The notes: a model not told the origin generated them from the letters alone. A stretch of 64,000 bases of DNA from Spirochaetia bacterium (GCA_965203905.1 CBDBDQ010000005.1:2336001-2400000), one strand, 5' to 3'. Numbered from the stretch's first letter, positions 19,416 to 28,970 are shown. Program-made: numbers and translations.

Positions 19416-20429
19416 TCAGTAGCGTTGCGCCCTCGAGTAGTCGATGCGGGGATCGGATATGGCCAGCAGAATGTCGGATATCAGCGTGCCGACGATGGTC
19501 AGCGTGCTCAGCATGAAGACGATGGCACCGGCCAGAAAGCTGTCCTGGCTCAGCAGGGCGGTGAACAGCACCGGCCCGATGTCCGGAATGTCCAGCACGA
19601 TCGAGATGATCACGCCGCCGGACACGATGATCGGCAGGCTCCACCCCACCGACGCCAGGATCGGGTTGACGGCGATGCGCAACGGGTACTTGAAGATCAG
19701 CCGGCGTTCGGTCATCCCCTTGGCACGGGCCACCCGCATGTACTCCTTGCCCAGCTCGTCGAGCATCGCCGCGCGCAGGACGCGGATGGTGCCCGCCGTG
19801 CTGGCCGCGCCGATCACGATCACCGGGACCACCAGGTGCTTGAGCAGGTCGACCACCTTTTCTCCCGACCAGCCGGGATCGTTCTGGAACTCCGGCGACA
19901 GCAGGCCTCCCAGCGGCCAGTCGGGGATGGTGTGGAAGAACAGCACCATCAGCACCAGGGCGAGCAGAAACTCGGGGATCGACATGCCCACGAACGAGGC
20001 GAAGGTGAGCCCGTAGTCGGCAACGCTGTTCTGTTTCACCGCGGTGACCACGGCGATGGGAACCGCCACCACGTATTGAAAGAACAGCACCAGGAGGCCG
20101 ATCCCCACCGTGATGGGAAGCCGCTCGCGCAGGATCCGCCGTACCGGCTGATCGTAGTTGAAGGAGAGGCCGAAATCGCCCCGGGTGACGATCTTGCCGA
20201 TCCACAGCAGGTACTGCTCGTGAATCGGACGGTCCAGCCCATAGCGGCGCACCGTGATCTCCAGCAGTTCCCTGCGCCGCTCTTCGCTCATCAGCTCCGC
20301 CTGCAGCCGCGCCACGTAGTGCGTGGCGTAGTCGCCGGGCGGGGCCTGGATCACGTAGAAGGTGAGGATGGAGAGCAGGAAGATGAGGATCAGCGAAGCC
20401 AGCAGCCGCCGGAGGATGTAGCGAATCAC
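19416..20429 (-). CDS. Dpp/Opp ABC transporter permease (B-type)
   Basis: MIRYILRRLL, YGLDRP, GDFGLSF, EYMRVARAKG and DPRI motifs. Confidence 0.92.
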   Translation of the reverse strand: MIRYILRRLLASLILIFLLSILTFYVIQAPPGDYATHYVARLQAELMSEERRRELLEITVRRYGLDRPIHEQYLLWIGKIVTRGDFGLSFNYDQPVRRILRERLPITVGIGLLVLFFQYVVAVPIAVVTAVKQNSVADYGLTFASFVGMSIPEFLLALVLMVLFFHTIPDWPLGGLLSPEFQNDPGWSGEKVVDLLKHLVVPVIVIGAASTAGTIRVLRAAMLDELGKEYMRVARAKGMTERRLIFKYPLRIAVNPILASVGWSLPIIVSGGVIISIVLDIPDIGPVLFTALLSQDSFLAGAIVFMLSTLTIVGTLISDILLAISDPRIDYSRAQRY

Positions 20430-20501
20430 CGTGCCACCTGGCCCGCGGAGCAGGGCGGAGAATCCCGCCCTGCTCCTGGTCCGTTGCGCCGGAACCTGCG
20501 G

Positions 20502-22628
20502 TTACTCGGCGCCGAGCCAGCCGTGGTCGACGGCCCGGTCGATAGGGTTCTTGGCCCGTTCCGCGAGGTCGTACATCTGCGGCAGCAACGAGTCCTCGGC
20601 GGTAATCCGGGGCCGGTCCTCGAAGAAGAACTGTGCGGGTGTATAGGCATTCGCCCACCACACGTCCCACGACCAATAGAGCGGTCCGTGGTCTCTGGTG
20701 GGGATGTTCTTCATGTCCTCGGCCGTGACCACCGGGTAGGGGAAGTCGGCCACCGTGTCGATGAACCAGAAGTTCTCCACCTGGCTGCGCCAGACCTTGA
20801 GGCCGGCCTCACGCATCTCCTCCTCGTTGCCGGAGGTCAGGTACTCCTGGTAGAACCAGTCGTAGAACTCCACCACCTCGGGAGGCGGCTCCACGCCGGA
20901 GGCGCCGCGGGAGATATACCAGGTCCGCCAGCAGACGCCGTTGTGTCCGGGAGCGCCGTGGAAGTCGCGTGACTGGCTCAGCGGGATGTTGGACTGCGAG
21001 TGCCACAGCAGCATGGGCAGCTCGTTGGCGCCGAACATCTGCCAGTGCAGGCTGCCCTCGACGATCTGCGCGTCGACGTTGAGCCCCAGCTCGTTCCAGT
21101 CCTCCAGGATGATCTCGATGATCGGTACGCGCGGCGTTTCCACGTCCATGTAGGGGATGGTCCACTTGAGCGGCGCACCGCCCGGCGCGTCGCGCCAGCC
21201 GTCGCCGTCGGCGTCCACGTAGCCCAGCTCGTCCAGGATCGCAGCCGAGCGCTCCGGCTCGAATTCGATGTACCTGGTCTCCAGCTCCTTCTCGAAGAGC
21301 ACGTTGGTCTCCGGCTTGGGAACGTGGCGCACCACCCGTGCCTGCCCGAACATGACCTCATCGTTGATGCGGTTCCGGTCCACCGCCAACTGCAGTGCCA
21401 TGCGGAAATCGCGCTCCCGGAACGCGGTCGCCAGCGCCTCGTCGGCGTAGCAGTAGTTGGGCCACAGCACCAGGGCGGTGAAGGTGTTCTGCCAGATGGT
21501 GGTGCGATAGCCGCCCTGCTCCTCGTACTGCCGGTAGAGCGGAATCGAGGTGGTATTGGTGTTGAAGCCGGCAAAGTCGGCGTCGCCGGCGATGATCCGT
21601 GCATCCACCGCTTCGCGGTCGGTCACCTGGTTGGTGACGATGCGATCGATGTAGGGCAGCTGCTGGCCCGCCGTGTCCACTTTCCAGTAGTAGGGGTTGC
21701 GTTCGTAGACGCGGCGCGCGGCGCCCACGTCGACCATCACGTACGGCGCCAGGGTCGGCGGCAGGTTGCCGATGAACTGGCCGGAGCTCTGCCGCTGGGC
21801 CTGGCCGACGTGCAGGTAGAGCTGATACCAGTGCTCGAAGCCCGCCTTCTGCGCCAGCGTCTGCGCCGTGTCCATGCCGATGAACGCAGGATCGAGCTGG
21901 TTCAGGAAGTGCATCGGGCGAATCACGCTCTCCATCATCGAATAGCTGTGGCTCGCGGAGTTGATCAGGAACGGATACGGCTTGTTGGAGGTGTACTTGA
22001 TGGTGTAGTCGTCGACGACCTCCTTGCGCACCGTGCGGCCGACGGCCTCCAGCGGCTCGTCGGTAAAGGTGATCGCATCGTCCTCGATCACCACCTTGTC
22101 GGGGTCGATCCGCGGGTTGATGTCGGGATTGGCCCGGTAGTAGCGCCAGTAGTCGTACATGGTCCTGGCGGTGAACAGCTCGCCGTCGGACCACCTGACG
22201 CCCGGCCGCAGGTGGAAGGTCCACTCGGTGAAGTCGTCGTTCACCTCGTACCCGAGGTAGAGCTGCGGCAGGCCGGGGGTGCCGTTCACGTCCTGCACGA
22301 ATGGCGTGGCGACGCCCATGAGCTGCATCAGCTCGAACGTGTAGGCGGGCTCGTAGATGTTGGCGGTGCCGCCGTAGCGTCCCACCTCGTCGAGCGGGGT
22401 CACCACCTTGGGCTCGTCCGGCAACCGTTCCGCCACCGGCGGTATCAGCCCCTGCCGCACCATCTCGGCCAGCAGCGGGTGTTCCCGGTACTCTCCGGGA
22501 GCCGCGGCTTCCATCTCCGCGGCGGGTGCGGCGCCGCTCTCGTCGGATTCGCCGCCGGCAAAGGCGCCGGCCGCTGCCACCAGCAGCGCGGTCACGGCGA
22601 GCGCCAGACAGCATCGATAGCTCTGCAT
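20502..22628 (-). CDS. ABC transporter solute-binding protein, family 5
   Basis: GAGGAGG RBS and signal ending AFAGGESD. IPPVAERLPDEP, FHLRPGVRWSDGELFTA and RNPYYWKVD..GQQLPYID motifs. Confidence 0.9.
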   Translation of the reverse strand: MQSYRCCLALAVTALLVAAAGAFAGGESDESGAAPAAEMEAAAPGEYREHPLLAEMVRQGLIPPVAERLPDEPKVVTPLDEVGRYGGTANIYEPAYTFELMQLMGVATPFVQDVNGTPGLPQLYLGYEVNDDFTEWTFHLRPGVRWSDGELFTARTMYDYWRYYRANPDINPRIDPDKVVIEDDAITFTDEPLEAVGRTVRKEVVDDYTIKYTSNKPYPFLINSASHSYSMMESVIRPMHFLNQLDPAFIGMDTAQTLAQKAGFEHWYQLYLHVGQAQRQSSGQFIGNLPPTLAPYVMVDVGAARRVYERNPYYWKVDTAGQQLPYIDRIVTNQVTDREAVDARIIAGDADFAGFNTNTTSIPLYRQYEEQGGYRTTIWQNTFTALVLWPNYCYADEALATAFRERDFRMALQLAVDRNRINDEVMFGQARVVRHVPKPETNVLFEKELETRYIEFEPERSAAILDELGYVDADGDGWRDAPGGAPLKWTIPYMDVETPRVPIIEIILEDWNELGLNVDAQIVEGSLHWQMFGANELPMLLWHSQSNIPLSQSRDFHGAPGHNGVCWRTWYISRGASGVEPPPEVVEFYDWFYQEYLTSGNEEEMREAGLKVWRSQVENFWFIDTVADFPYPVVTAEDMKNIPTRDHGPLYWSWDVWWANAYTPAQFFFEDRPRITAEDSLLPQMYDLAERAKNPIDRAVDHGWLGAE

Positions 22629-22740
22629 GACAACCTCCTCGCACACAACGTGTGCGCGTATCAGGCAACTGTACGCCGTCCCGACTGCGGCCGCAAGGAA
22701 GCGTCCCCGGTGCCACGGTGCCGCGGTGCGGCTGAGGAGC

Positions 22741-22784
22741 TTGACGCAGCTACTAGGTAAGATTATCATATGTAAGAGTATTAC
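22741..22784 (+). promoter_or_regulatory. Sigma70 promoter and operator of the AbrB/VapC operon
   Basis: TTGACG(22741)-N17-TATCAT(22764). Palindrome GTAA-N5-TTAC at 22772-22784. Confidence 0.7.
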
Positions 22785-22786
22785 TT

Positions 22787-23017
22787 ATGAAGATTACCTC
22801 CAAGGGACAGGTAACCATCCCCCAACGGTTCCGTCTGAAGTTCGGCTTGCTGCCCCATTGCGAGGTGACGTTCGGCGAAACCGAAGGCGGCGTCGTGATT
22901 CGGCCCGCGCTGAGCAAGGGGCAGATGATTGCGCAGCGTCTTCGCCGAGCGCGGGGGCGGGCGTCCGGGCGTGTCACGACCGCCGAGGTGATGCGGCTCA
23001 CGCGTGGGGACGATTGA
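22787..23017 (+). CDS. AbrB/MazE/SpoVT-family antitoxin
   Basis: MKITSKGQVTIPQRFR. Confidence 0.9.
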   Translation: MKITSKGQVTIPQRFRLKFGLLPHCEVTFGETEGGVVIRPALSKGQMIAQRLRRARGRASGRVTTAEVMRLTRGDD

Positions 23018-23018
23018 G

Positions 23019-23417
23019 GTGGTGCTGGTCGATACCAACGTCCTGCTCGACCTGTTTACCGATGATCCGCAGTGGCGCTCCTGGTCCGAACGTGCCCTGG
23101 CCGACGCACTCATGACCGATGGCGTGGGCATCAACCAGATCGTGTACGCGGAAGTCTCGCTGGCCTTCGACGACGCGGGGAGTCTGGACCGAGAGTTGGG
23201 CGAACTCCTGGTCACCCGACTCCAACTTCCCTACGGTGCCGCATTCGGAGCGGCCCGTGCCTTCCTGCGCTACCGTCGCGCGGGCGGCGCTCGGGAAGCA
23301 CCCCTCCCGGACTTCTATGTCGGCGCTCATGCGGAGAGCGAGGGGCTCAAGCTCCTGACTCGCGACGCCAGCCGCTATCGAACCTACTTCCCCGCGGTGC
23401 ATCTGATCGCGCCCTGA
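23019..23417 (+). CDS. vapC: VapC PIN-domain toxin
   Basis: LVDTNVLLD, IVYAEVS, PLPDFYVGAHA and LLTRD..RYRTYFP motifs. Confidence 0.9.
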   Translation: MVLVDTNVLLDLFTDDPQWRSWSERALADALMTDGVGINQIVYAEVSLAFDDAGSLDRELGELLVTRLQLPYGAAFGAARAFLRYRRAGGAREAPLPDFYVGAHAESEGLKLLTRDASRYRTYFPAVHLIAP

Positions 23418-23466
23418 GTCATTCCTGAAGCGGGTGCCAGGGAGCACCACGCCTTCGCAGCGGCGG

Positions 23467-25263
23467 CTACCTGGCGAGCGGGTGTGGGAGGCCGGAGGCG
23501 CGGTAGAGGGCGTCTTCCACGGCGCGGCTCCACTGGTCGCGGGTGCCGGCGAGCACGTCGGCGGCGGCGGCCAGGGCGGCGGCGGTGCGGGTGCGGCCGG
23601 CCCGGCGCTCGGCGGTGGCGGCGGCGCGGAACGGCTCGGCGCCTACCTCCACGTAGGGCAACTCCTCCAGTTGGGTGAGGACGAAGTGGGAGCCGAAGGG
23701 GGAGCGGCGGCCGACGTCGCGGATCAGCTCCGGCGCGGCGGCGAGGCCGGCGACGCGCTGCACCATCCAGTCGAAGTCGATCGGATCGCGGGCGTGCTCG
23801 GCGAGGTCGGCGGAGGAGGGCTCCGAGGTGTTGGTGAGGTAGTAGGGCACCGTGGGACCGCAGACCTGGTGACGCGACAGGTAGTGAACGTGGCGCGAGC
23901 GGATGCCGATCTCGGTGCCGCCGTCGACGAAGTTGACCGCGGCGTCGCGCGCCAGATTCTGCTCGTGCTCGCGGTAGGTGCGCGCTGCCGCTGCCCCGCT
24001 GTCGGCAATGAAAAGGTCGGTGTAGGGCGGAGCGGCGCCGAACATCAGCGTGGGAAAGCGCTCCGCCGGGCCGGGACCGGCGACCTCGGTACCCTCCGGC
24101 AGAGAGTTCAGCAGAGCCTCGACGCGAGCGTCGTCGGCGGAGAACCCCGCCAGCGCGACGCGTGGCGCGGAAGCCAGCCCGCGTATTCGCCGCTCGGCGC
24201 CGAGAGCCTCCGGATGAATCATCTCGCCGACGGCGGCGCTCGCCTCGTCGGCGGCCCCCGACGGCGCTGGGGGAATTCTCATCGGCAGATAGATGTCCGG
24301 GTCGCTGGCGCCGGCGAAGTTGTTGAGGTTGCCGCCGGGTCGCACCAGTTCAGTGGCCAGATCGTAGCTTTGCTGGTTGGCGTAGAAGGTGATGACCACG
24401 TCGAAGCGGCGGCCGGCGCGCAGCTCCGCCAGGGCCGCCTGGTCGGTGCGATCTACCAGTTGCACGGTCACGCCCCGCTCGCGCAGTGTTGCCACTACGG
24501 CGGTAGCGCCGAGCTGCCGCAGGCGGCCGGCACTGCCAGTGACGGCGATCCGGCGCGGCCGTTGCGGCCCGCGGGCGAATATGGCCAGCGTGATCATCGC
24601 CATTCGCCCGGTGCCGCTGAGCATGGCCACGTCGGCGTCCGGCGGCACCCCGGCCACCAGTTCGCCGTCCGGCCCACGGGTGAACATCTGGCGCAGTGCG
24701 CCGCGGCAGCAAGCGAAAGGCTCGGCGTGCGCCAGGGTCGCCAGGCTGGTGCCCGGGTCCGTGCTGATCGCGTCGGGAATCGGAATGAACAGCTTGCCCA
24801 TGCCCTGCTCGGCGACCACCTCGCCGACCCGTTCCGGCAGGCCGCTGTAGCGGCGCAGGCCGGCGGCGTAACGGAACGAGTAGCCGAGGGCCGCCAGCAC
24901 TCCGCCTTCCGGGTCGGGCGCGAACGAGTCGGGGTCCACCGGCGTGCTCGACAGGCCGGGGGTGATCAGCACCACCTGGCCGGGGCGGACCGGCGTCGCC
25001 GGCGGCGCCGCCACCACCCGGTGCACGGTTTCGTGGCCGAGCGCCACCTGGGTGGCGTCGCCCGGGATCCGCGCGTGCTCGGTAAACTGCCTGACCGCCT
25101 TCTGGTCCGACGAGCACACCGAGTTGCCGAGCGACTCGGTGATCACGTAGTCGCCTTCGAACCAGCTCTCCGGCAGGCGGTCGCGGCGCAGCTCCACCCG
25201 TCCCGGAGCGGTGATGAACACTCCGTGATGGGGCTGACGGGCCGCCTCGACGGCGCCACTCAT
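23467..25263 (-). CDS. Zn-dependent MDR dehydrogenase, L-sorbose-1-phosphate reductase (SorE)-like, long form
   Basis: SVCSSDQK...VALGHE Zn motif, AHAEPFACC and SGTGRMA. Start overlaps the stop of the SorD-like gene. Confidence 0.7.
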   Translation of the reverse strand: MSGAVEAARQPHHGVFITAPGRVELRRDRLPESWFEGDYVITESLGNSVCSSDQKAVRQFTEHARIPGDATQVALGHETVHRVVAAPPATPVRPGQVVLITPGLSSTPVDPDSFAPDPEGGVLAALGYSFRYAAGLRRYSGLPERVGEVVAEQGMGKLFIPIPDAISTDPGTSLATLAHAEPFACCRGALRQMFTRGPDGELVAGVPPDADVAMLSGTGRMAMITLAIFARGPQRPRRIAVTGSAGRLRQLGATAVVATLRERGVTVQLVDRTDQAALAELRAGRRFDVVITFYANQQSYDLATELVRPGGNLNNFAGASDPDIYLPMRIPPAPSGAADEASAAVGEMIHPEALGAERRIRGLASAPRVALAGFSADDARVEALLNSLPEGTEVAGPGPAERFPTLMFGAAPPYTDLFIADSGAAAARTYREHEQNLARDAAVNFVDGGTEIGIRSRHVHYLSRHQVCGPTVPYYLTNTSEPSSADLAEHARDPIDFDWMVQRVAGLAAAPELIRDVGRRSPFGSHFVLTQLEELPYVEVGAEPFRAAATAERRAGRTRTAAALAAAADVLAGTRDQWSRAVEDALYRASGLPHPLAR

Positions 25264-26051
25264 GCGCGCGACTTCCCGCCGCTGACGTTGATCACGGTGC
25301 CGGTGACGTAGGAGGCGCGCGGCGAGGCCAGGAACAGCACCACGTTGGCAACCTCCGCCAGCGCACCCGCGCGGCCCAGCGGAATCGCCGACGCGTAGCC
25401 GCGGTCGATTGCCTCGGGGGTGGTGTCGCGCGCCTTCGCCAGGGCCGCCATGTAGGTGCTGCCGGTCATGCCGGTGGGTTCCAGCGGCCCCGGCGCCACG
25501 CCCACGACGCGCACCCCCCGCGGCCCCAGCTCCTTGGCCCACGAGCGGGTCAGCGAGTAGACCGCCGCCTTGCTCGCGGCGTACACGCTCTGGCCCGCCG
25601 ATCCTTCCAGGCCTGACTCCGAGGCCATGTTGATGATCACGCCGCCGCCGGCCGCCGTCATGCCGGCCGCCGCCGCCTGGGCGCACAGGATCAGACCGGT
25701 CTGGTTCACCGCCAGGGTTCGCGCGATGCTGTCCGGGTCGACGCCGAGCAGGGTTGAGGGCAGGTTGATGCCGGCATTGTTGACCAGAATGTCCAGCGTC
25801 GCCGGCGCCGCTGCGGCGAACAGCTCGCGCACGCTGTCCGGATCGGTCACGTCCACCGCCGCGAAGCGATGTCCGGCCTCCGCGCCGCCGGTCAGTTCCT
25901 CGGCCACGCGCGCGCCCGCCCCGGCCTCGCGGTCCGCCACCACGACCCGTGCCCCGACCTCGGCGAACGCGCGCGCCACCGCGCGGCCGATCCCCGAGGC
26001 GGCGCCGGTCACCAGCGCGGTCTTCCCTGCAAGCTGCAGCCAACCATCCAT
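25260..26051 (-). CDS. SDR, sorbitol-6-phosphate 2-dehydrogenase (SorD)-like
   Basis: MDGWLQLAGKTALVTGAASGIG, NNAGINLP, ASESGLEGSAGQSVYAASK and terminal NVSGGKSR motifs. Confidence 0.82.
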   Translation of the reverse strand: MDGWLQLAGKTALVTGAASGIGRAVARAFAEVGARVVVADREAGAGARVAEELTGGAEAGHRFAAVDVTDPDSVRELFAAAAPATLDILVNNAGINLPSTLLGVDPDSIARTLAVNQTGLILCAQAAAAGMTAAGGGVIINMASESGLEGSAGQSVYAASKAAVYSLTRSWAKELGPRGVRVVGVAPGPLEPTGMTGSTYMAALAKARDTTPEAIDRGYASAIPLGRAGALAEVANVVLFLASPRASYVTGTVINVSGGKSRA

Positions 26052-26139
26052 GGTCGATTCCGCGTTCAATATATCGCCGCGGGCTCGGTAACGGGCACTG
26101 GCACCGGCCACGATCCCGCCGCAAGTAGCGCTCACCGGC

Positions 26140-27048
26140 TCAGGACCGGTCACTGGCGTTGACGAAGATCGCCACCGCCACCAGGAGCGCGCCCAGCAGC
26201 AGGCTCGGCCCCAGCGGATCGCCTACGATCCACCAACTCAGGACGGTGCCGGACAGCGGCGTGGCGAAGAACATCACGGTGAGCCGGCTGGCGCGGAAGC
26301 GCGCCAGAATCGTGGTCCAGGCGAGAAAGCAGAACCCGGCGACCACCACCCCCACGTAGCCGATGGCGAGGATGCCGCCGAGGTCGAAGGCGAAGCGCGC
26401 CTCCCGTTCCAGCAGCGGGCTCAGCGCCGCCGCCGCCGGCAGGCTGAGCAGCAACATCCAGAACAGCAGCTTCTCGGCGCTGACGGCGTGCAGCATCCGC
26501 TTCGAGACCGCGGTGCGCAGCCCCAGCAGGGCCGCGCTGGCCAGCACCGTGGCGCTGCCGAGCGCGGATCCCGACAGACCACCGGCCATCAGCTCGGGCG
26601 CGAAGGTCGCCACCACGCCCGCGAATCCCAGCAGCAGGCCGGCGGTGGTTCGCGCCGTGAGGCGGTCACCGGCGATCAGCAGGTGCGCGAACAGCGAGGT
26701 GAACAGGGGGTAGGTGCTCATCATCACGGTGGAGTGGGCCGCCAGCGTGAAGTGGGTGCCGACGTGCAGCGCGAGCACCTGCACCAGGAACAGGCCCGCC
26801 AGGGCCGCGAGGGGCAACAGCTCACCGCGCTGCAGACGCAGCGGGATGCGTCGCAGGGCGGCCCAGCCTCCGATCACCGCGACACCCAGCGCCAGCCGCA
26901 CCGCGGTGAGAGCGAACGGCGGCAGGGCGCGCAGGCCCACCTTGATGAAGACGGAGTTTCCTCCCCACAGCAGCGCCAGCAGCGTGACCAGCGCTACCAC
27001 GGCGGGGGTCGGCGCGAGGACATTGCGCGTTGGAGCAGAGAGGCTCAT
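26140..27048 (-). CDS. EamA/DMT-family transporter
   Basis: LLWGGN..IKVGL..LPPF motif and about 10 hydrophobic segments in two repeats. Confidence 0.88.
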   Translation of the reverse strand: MSLSAPTRNVLAPTPAVVALVTLLALLWGGNSVFIKVGLRALPPFALTAVRLALGVAVIGGWAALRRIPLRLQRGELLPLAALAGLFLVQVLALHVGTHFTLAAHSTVMMSTYPLFTSLFAHLLIAGDRLTARTTAGLLLGFAGVVATFAPELMAGGLSGSALGSATVLASAALLGLRTAVSKRMLHAVSAEKLLFWMLLLSLPAAAALSPLLEREARFAFDLGGILAIGYVGVVVAGFCFLAWTTILARFRASRLTVMFFATPLSGTVLSWWIVGDPLGPSLLLGALLVAVAIFVNASDRS

Positions 27049-27091
27049 GCGAGGTCGCTACCGGATTGTGCTTGTGGAGAAGGCTGACGCA

Positions 27092-28024
27092 TCAGCCGAG
27101 GTGTTCGCAACTCGTGATCAGATAGCGGGGCCGTCCGAGCCCTACGCGCCGCGCGTGGGCGTAAATTCTGACCGACACTCCCAGGATTCGATTGATATCA
27201 TTCTCACTTTCAAATGGAGCTACTTGACACGTGATTATCTTTCCGATTTCGTCTCTAAGAAACTCCGCATCGGTTTGGTCAACCAGGAATTCGGCGCGTC
27301 GGCTGTTGGGTAGAAATCCTTCGAACCGACCATCAATCACTACTTGATTTTCGCGAATGTTATCTACACTAAGGCGTTGTTCGCTACGTCTGACCTGGGC
27401 CGAATCGGAGAATCGAAACACGTTTCCTCTAAATTCCATTGCACATACAGCGTTCTGATCGGCTACGGTCTTGAGGAAGTTACGCATCGCACTCAATGCG
27501 CGCTGGTCAGACTCGGTGATCGCCTCCGAGAGGTCATCATCAGTCCTTATCGATGCTTCCAGGATAGCCTTGACTCTTTCCAAAGCTCGTTCTACGGGAC
27601 TCGGTTCCAGGGGGAGCATCGGCTGTTGTGACGCATCCTCAATCCGGAACCCGAATGATCCTCGTACTGTGTCGGTGATCAGGAGGCGATAGTTGTCGCT
27701 CTGAGGTACCACTCCACGAGAACCAAGGGTAGAGTGTTGGCTGGCTCCTACCGCATTTACAGTACTGGCAAACGCTTTCAGCGCATCGGCCACGAAGTCC
27801 GCATGGATCCCGCGATTACCCGATACAGGACTGCCCTGGAATGTCAGGCATGCGTCGATCTGCCGCGGAAGTCTTCCTGCGTAAGCAGCAAGTTCTGCTT
27901 CAACCTTGTTCCTGCGCCGCTGCAGGCTCATGCGGCTGATGACTTTATCGGAAGGTGTCTCGGCTATCAGCCTATCCAGAGCTCCCCGTTCCGAGAGGAG
28001 GTGTCGATATTCGTGAATGGTCAC
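27092..28024 (-). CDS. Hypothetical protein, partner of the upstream nucleotidyltransferase
   Basis: 310-aa intact ORF in an AT-richer segment, starting 3 nt after the upstream stop. Confidence 0.8.
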   Translation of the reverse strand: MTIHEYRHLLSERGALDRLIAETPSDKVISRMSLQRRRNKVEAELAAYAGRLPRQIDACLTFQGSPVSGNRGIHADFVADALKAFASTVNAVGASQHSTLGSRGVVPQSDNYRLLITDTVRGSFGFRIEDASQQPMLPLEPSPVERALERVKAILEASIRTDDDLSEAITESDQRALSAMRNFLKTVADQNAVCAMEFRGNVFRFSDSAQVRRSEQRLSVDNIRENQVVIDGRFEGFLPNSRRAEFLVDQTDAEFLRDEIGKIITCQVAPFESENDINRILGVSVRIYAHARRVGLGRPRYLITSCEHLG

Positions 28025-28027
28025 CGG

Positions 28028-28594
28028 CTACGCTCCTTCGTCCGAACTGACCTCAATCTCGTTTTTGGCAACCGCATCACCATCGCCCGCTAGGGTAACC
28101 TGCACGTAACCCTTCCAGTCGCCAGTCCGAGTGTGAGACCAGACACTATACCAGTACACGCACTGGTCTACCACGATTCGCAGGCTACCAGGATCCAGAA
28201 ACACGAAGTAAGAATCGACATTGAATTGTTCTGCTGTGCTATCTCCGTCGAATAAGTGTGGATAATCACGAAGCAGTCTGCGTTCGTCATAGCCTTCCGG
28301 AAAATGAGCGAAAGTCACAACATCGACATCTTTCGGAGGGCGGTTCCGCAATGTTTCTACGTCTTCTACGAAGCTACCGTCAATCCATTGGAAACCATCG
28401 ACGAGACCAGCTTCATGTAGCTTCCTGCGAAAATCCAGAAAGCCTCGTATGATATGACGCCGGTCTCCCGTGTTGGCAAATCTCGTGACAAAATCAACCA
28501 GCGAAACTACATACGGGGACCGGTAGTGAGACGTAGGTTCGTCCGCGTCGTTGGCCGGAAGAACACCCTCGTGAGTCCAGTTTGGAAGTGGCAT
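28028..28594 (-). CDS. Minimal Pol-beta-type nucleotidyltransferase (DUF6932-like)
   Basis: FQWIDGSFVE...PKDVDVVTF (GS-x-DxD) plus a third Asp in VDSYF. N-terminal PNWTHEGVLP..RSPY, C-terminal SHTRTGDWKGY. Confidence 0.8.
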   Translation of the reverse strand: MPLPNWTHEGVLPANDADEPTSHYRSPYVVSLVDFVTRFANTGDRRHIIRGFLDFRRKLHEAGLVDGFQWIDGSFVEDVETLRNRPPKDVDVVTFAHFPEGYDERRLLRDYPHLFDGDSTAEQFNVDSYFVFLDPGSLRIVVDQCVYWYSVWSHTRTGDWKGYVQVTLAGDGDAVAKNEIEVSSDEGA

Positions 28595-28900
28595 GTCGAC
28601 CATCACAGGTGCGGGAGACGGTCCTTCCGGTTGCCTGAGACCGGACGCGGACCGTCTCACCGTTAACTACAGCATACCAACGAACAACGGAATGGCAACT
28701 GGCTGGATCCAAGAAGATCCACCATCCATTGGCTCTCCGGCGGAAGGAGGAGGCAAGCGCGCTCGACGGGATCCGGGGATCTCGCGGCGTGCAGATCCAC
28801 TGGTGCTCCTGACGGCGGCGGCGGATCTCGATAGCGGCATTCAAGGTGGTAGCCTACGCTAACGCCCACGAGGCCGCCGATCAACGCCCGCGTCGCGGGT

Positions 28901-28970
28901 AGCGTTGACGCAGCGTTGACGCAGCGTTCACGCAGTGTTTATGACTACGGCTCACCGCGTGAGGTATCCT
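28901..28970 (+). promoter_or_regulatory. Four 11-bp direct repeats (putative OmpR/PhoB-type box) and -10 element of the RND operon
   Basis: AGCGTTGACGC, AGCGTTGACGC, AGCGTTCACGC, AGTGTTTATGA at 28901-28944. TATCCT at 28965-28970. Confidence 0.7.

Noticed and set aside
23467-26124. 885-aa ORF suggesting an SDR-MDR fusion
   Set aside because: The upstream part is an alternative frame over the SDR. The MDR starts at ATG 25263.
28901-28944. Iterons or a CRISPR array
   Set aside because: The 11-bp units have no spacers and there is no rep gene. Position and phasing fit a response-regulator box better.
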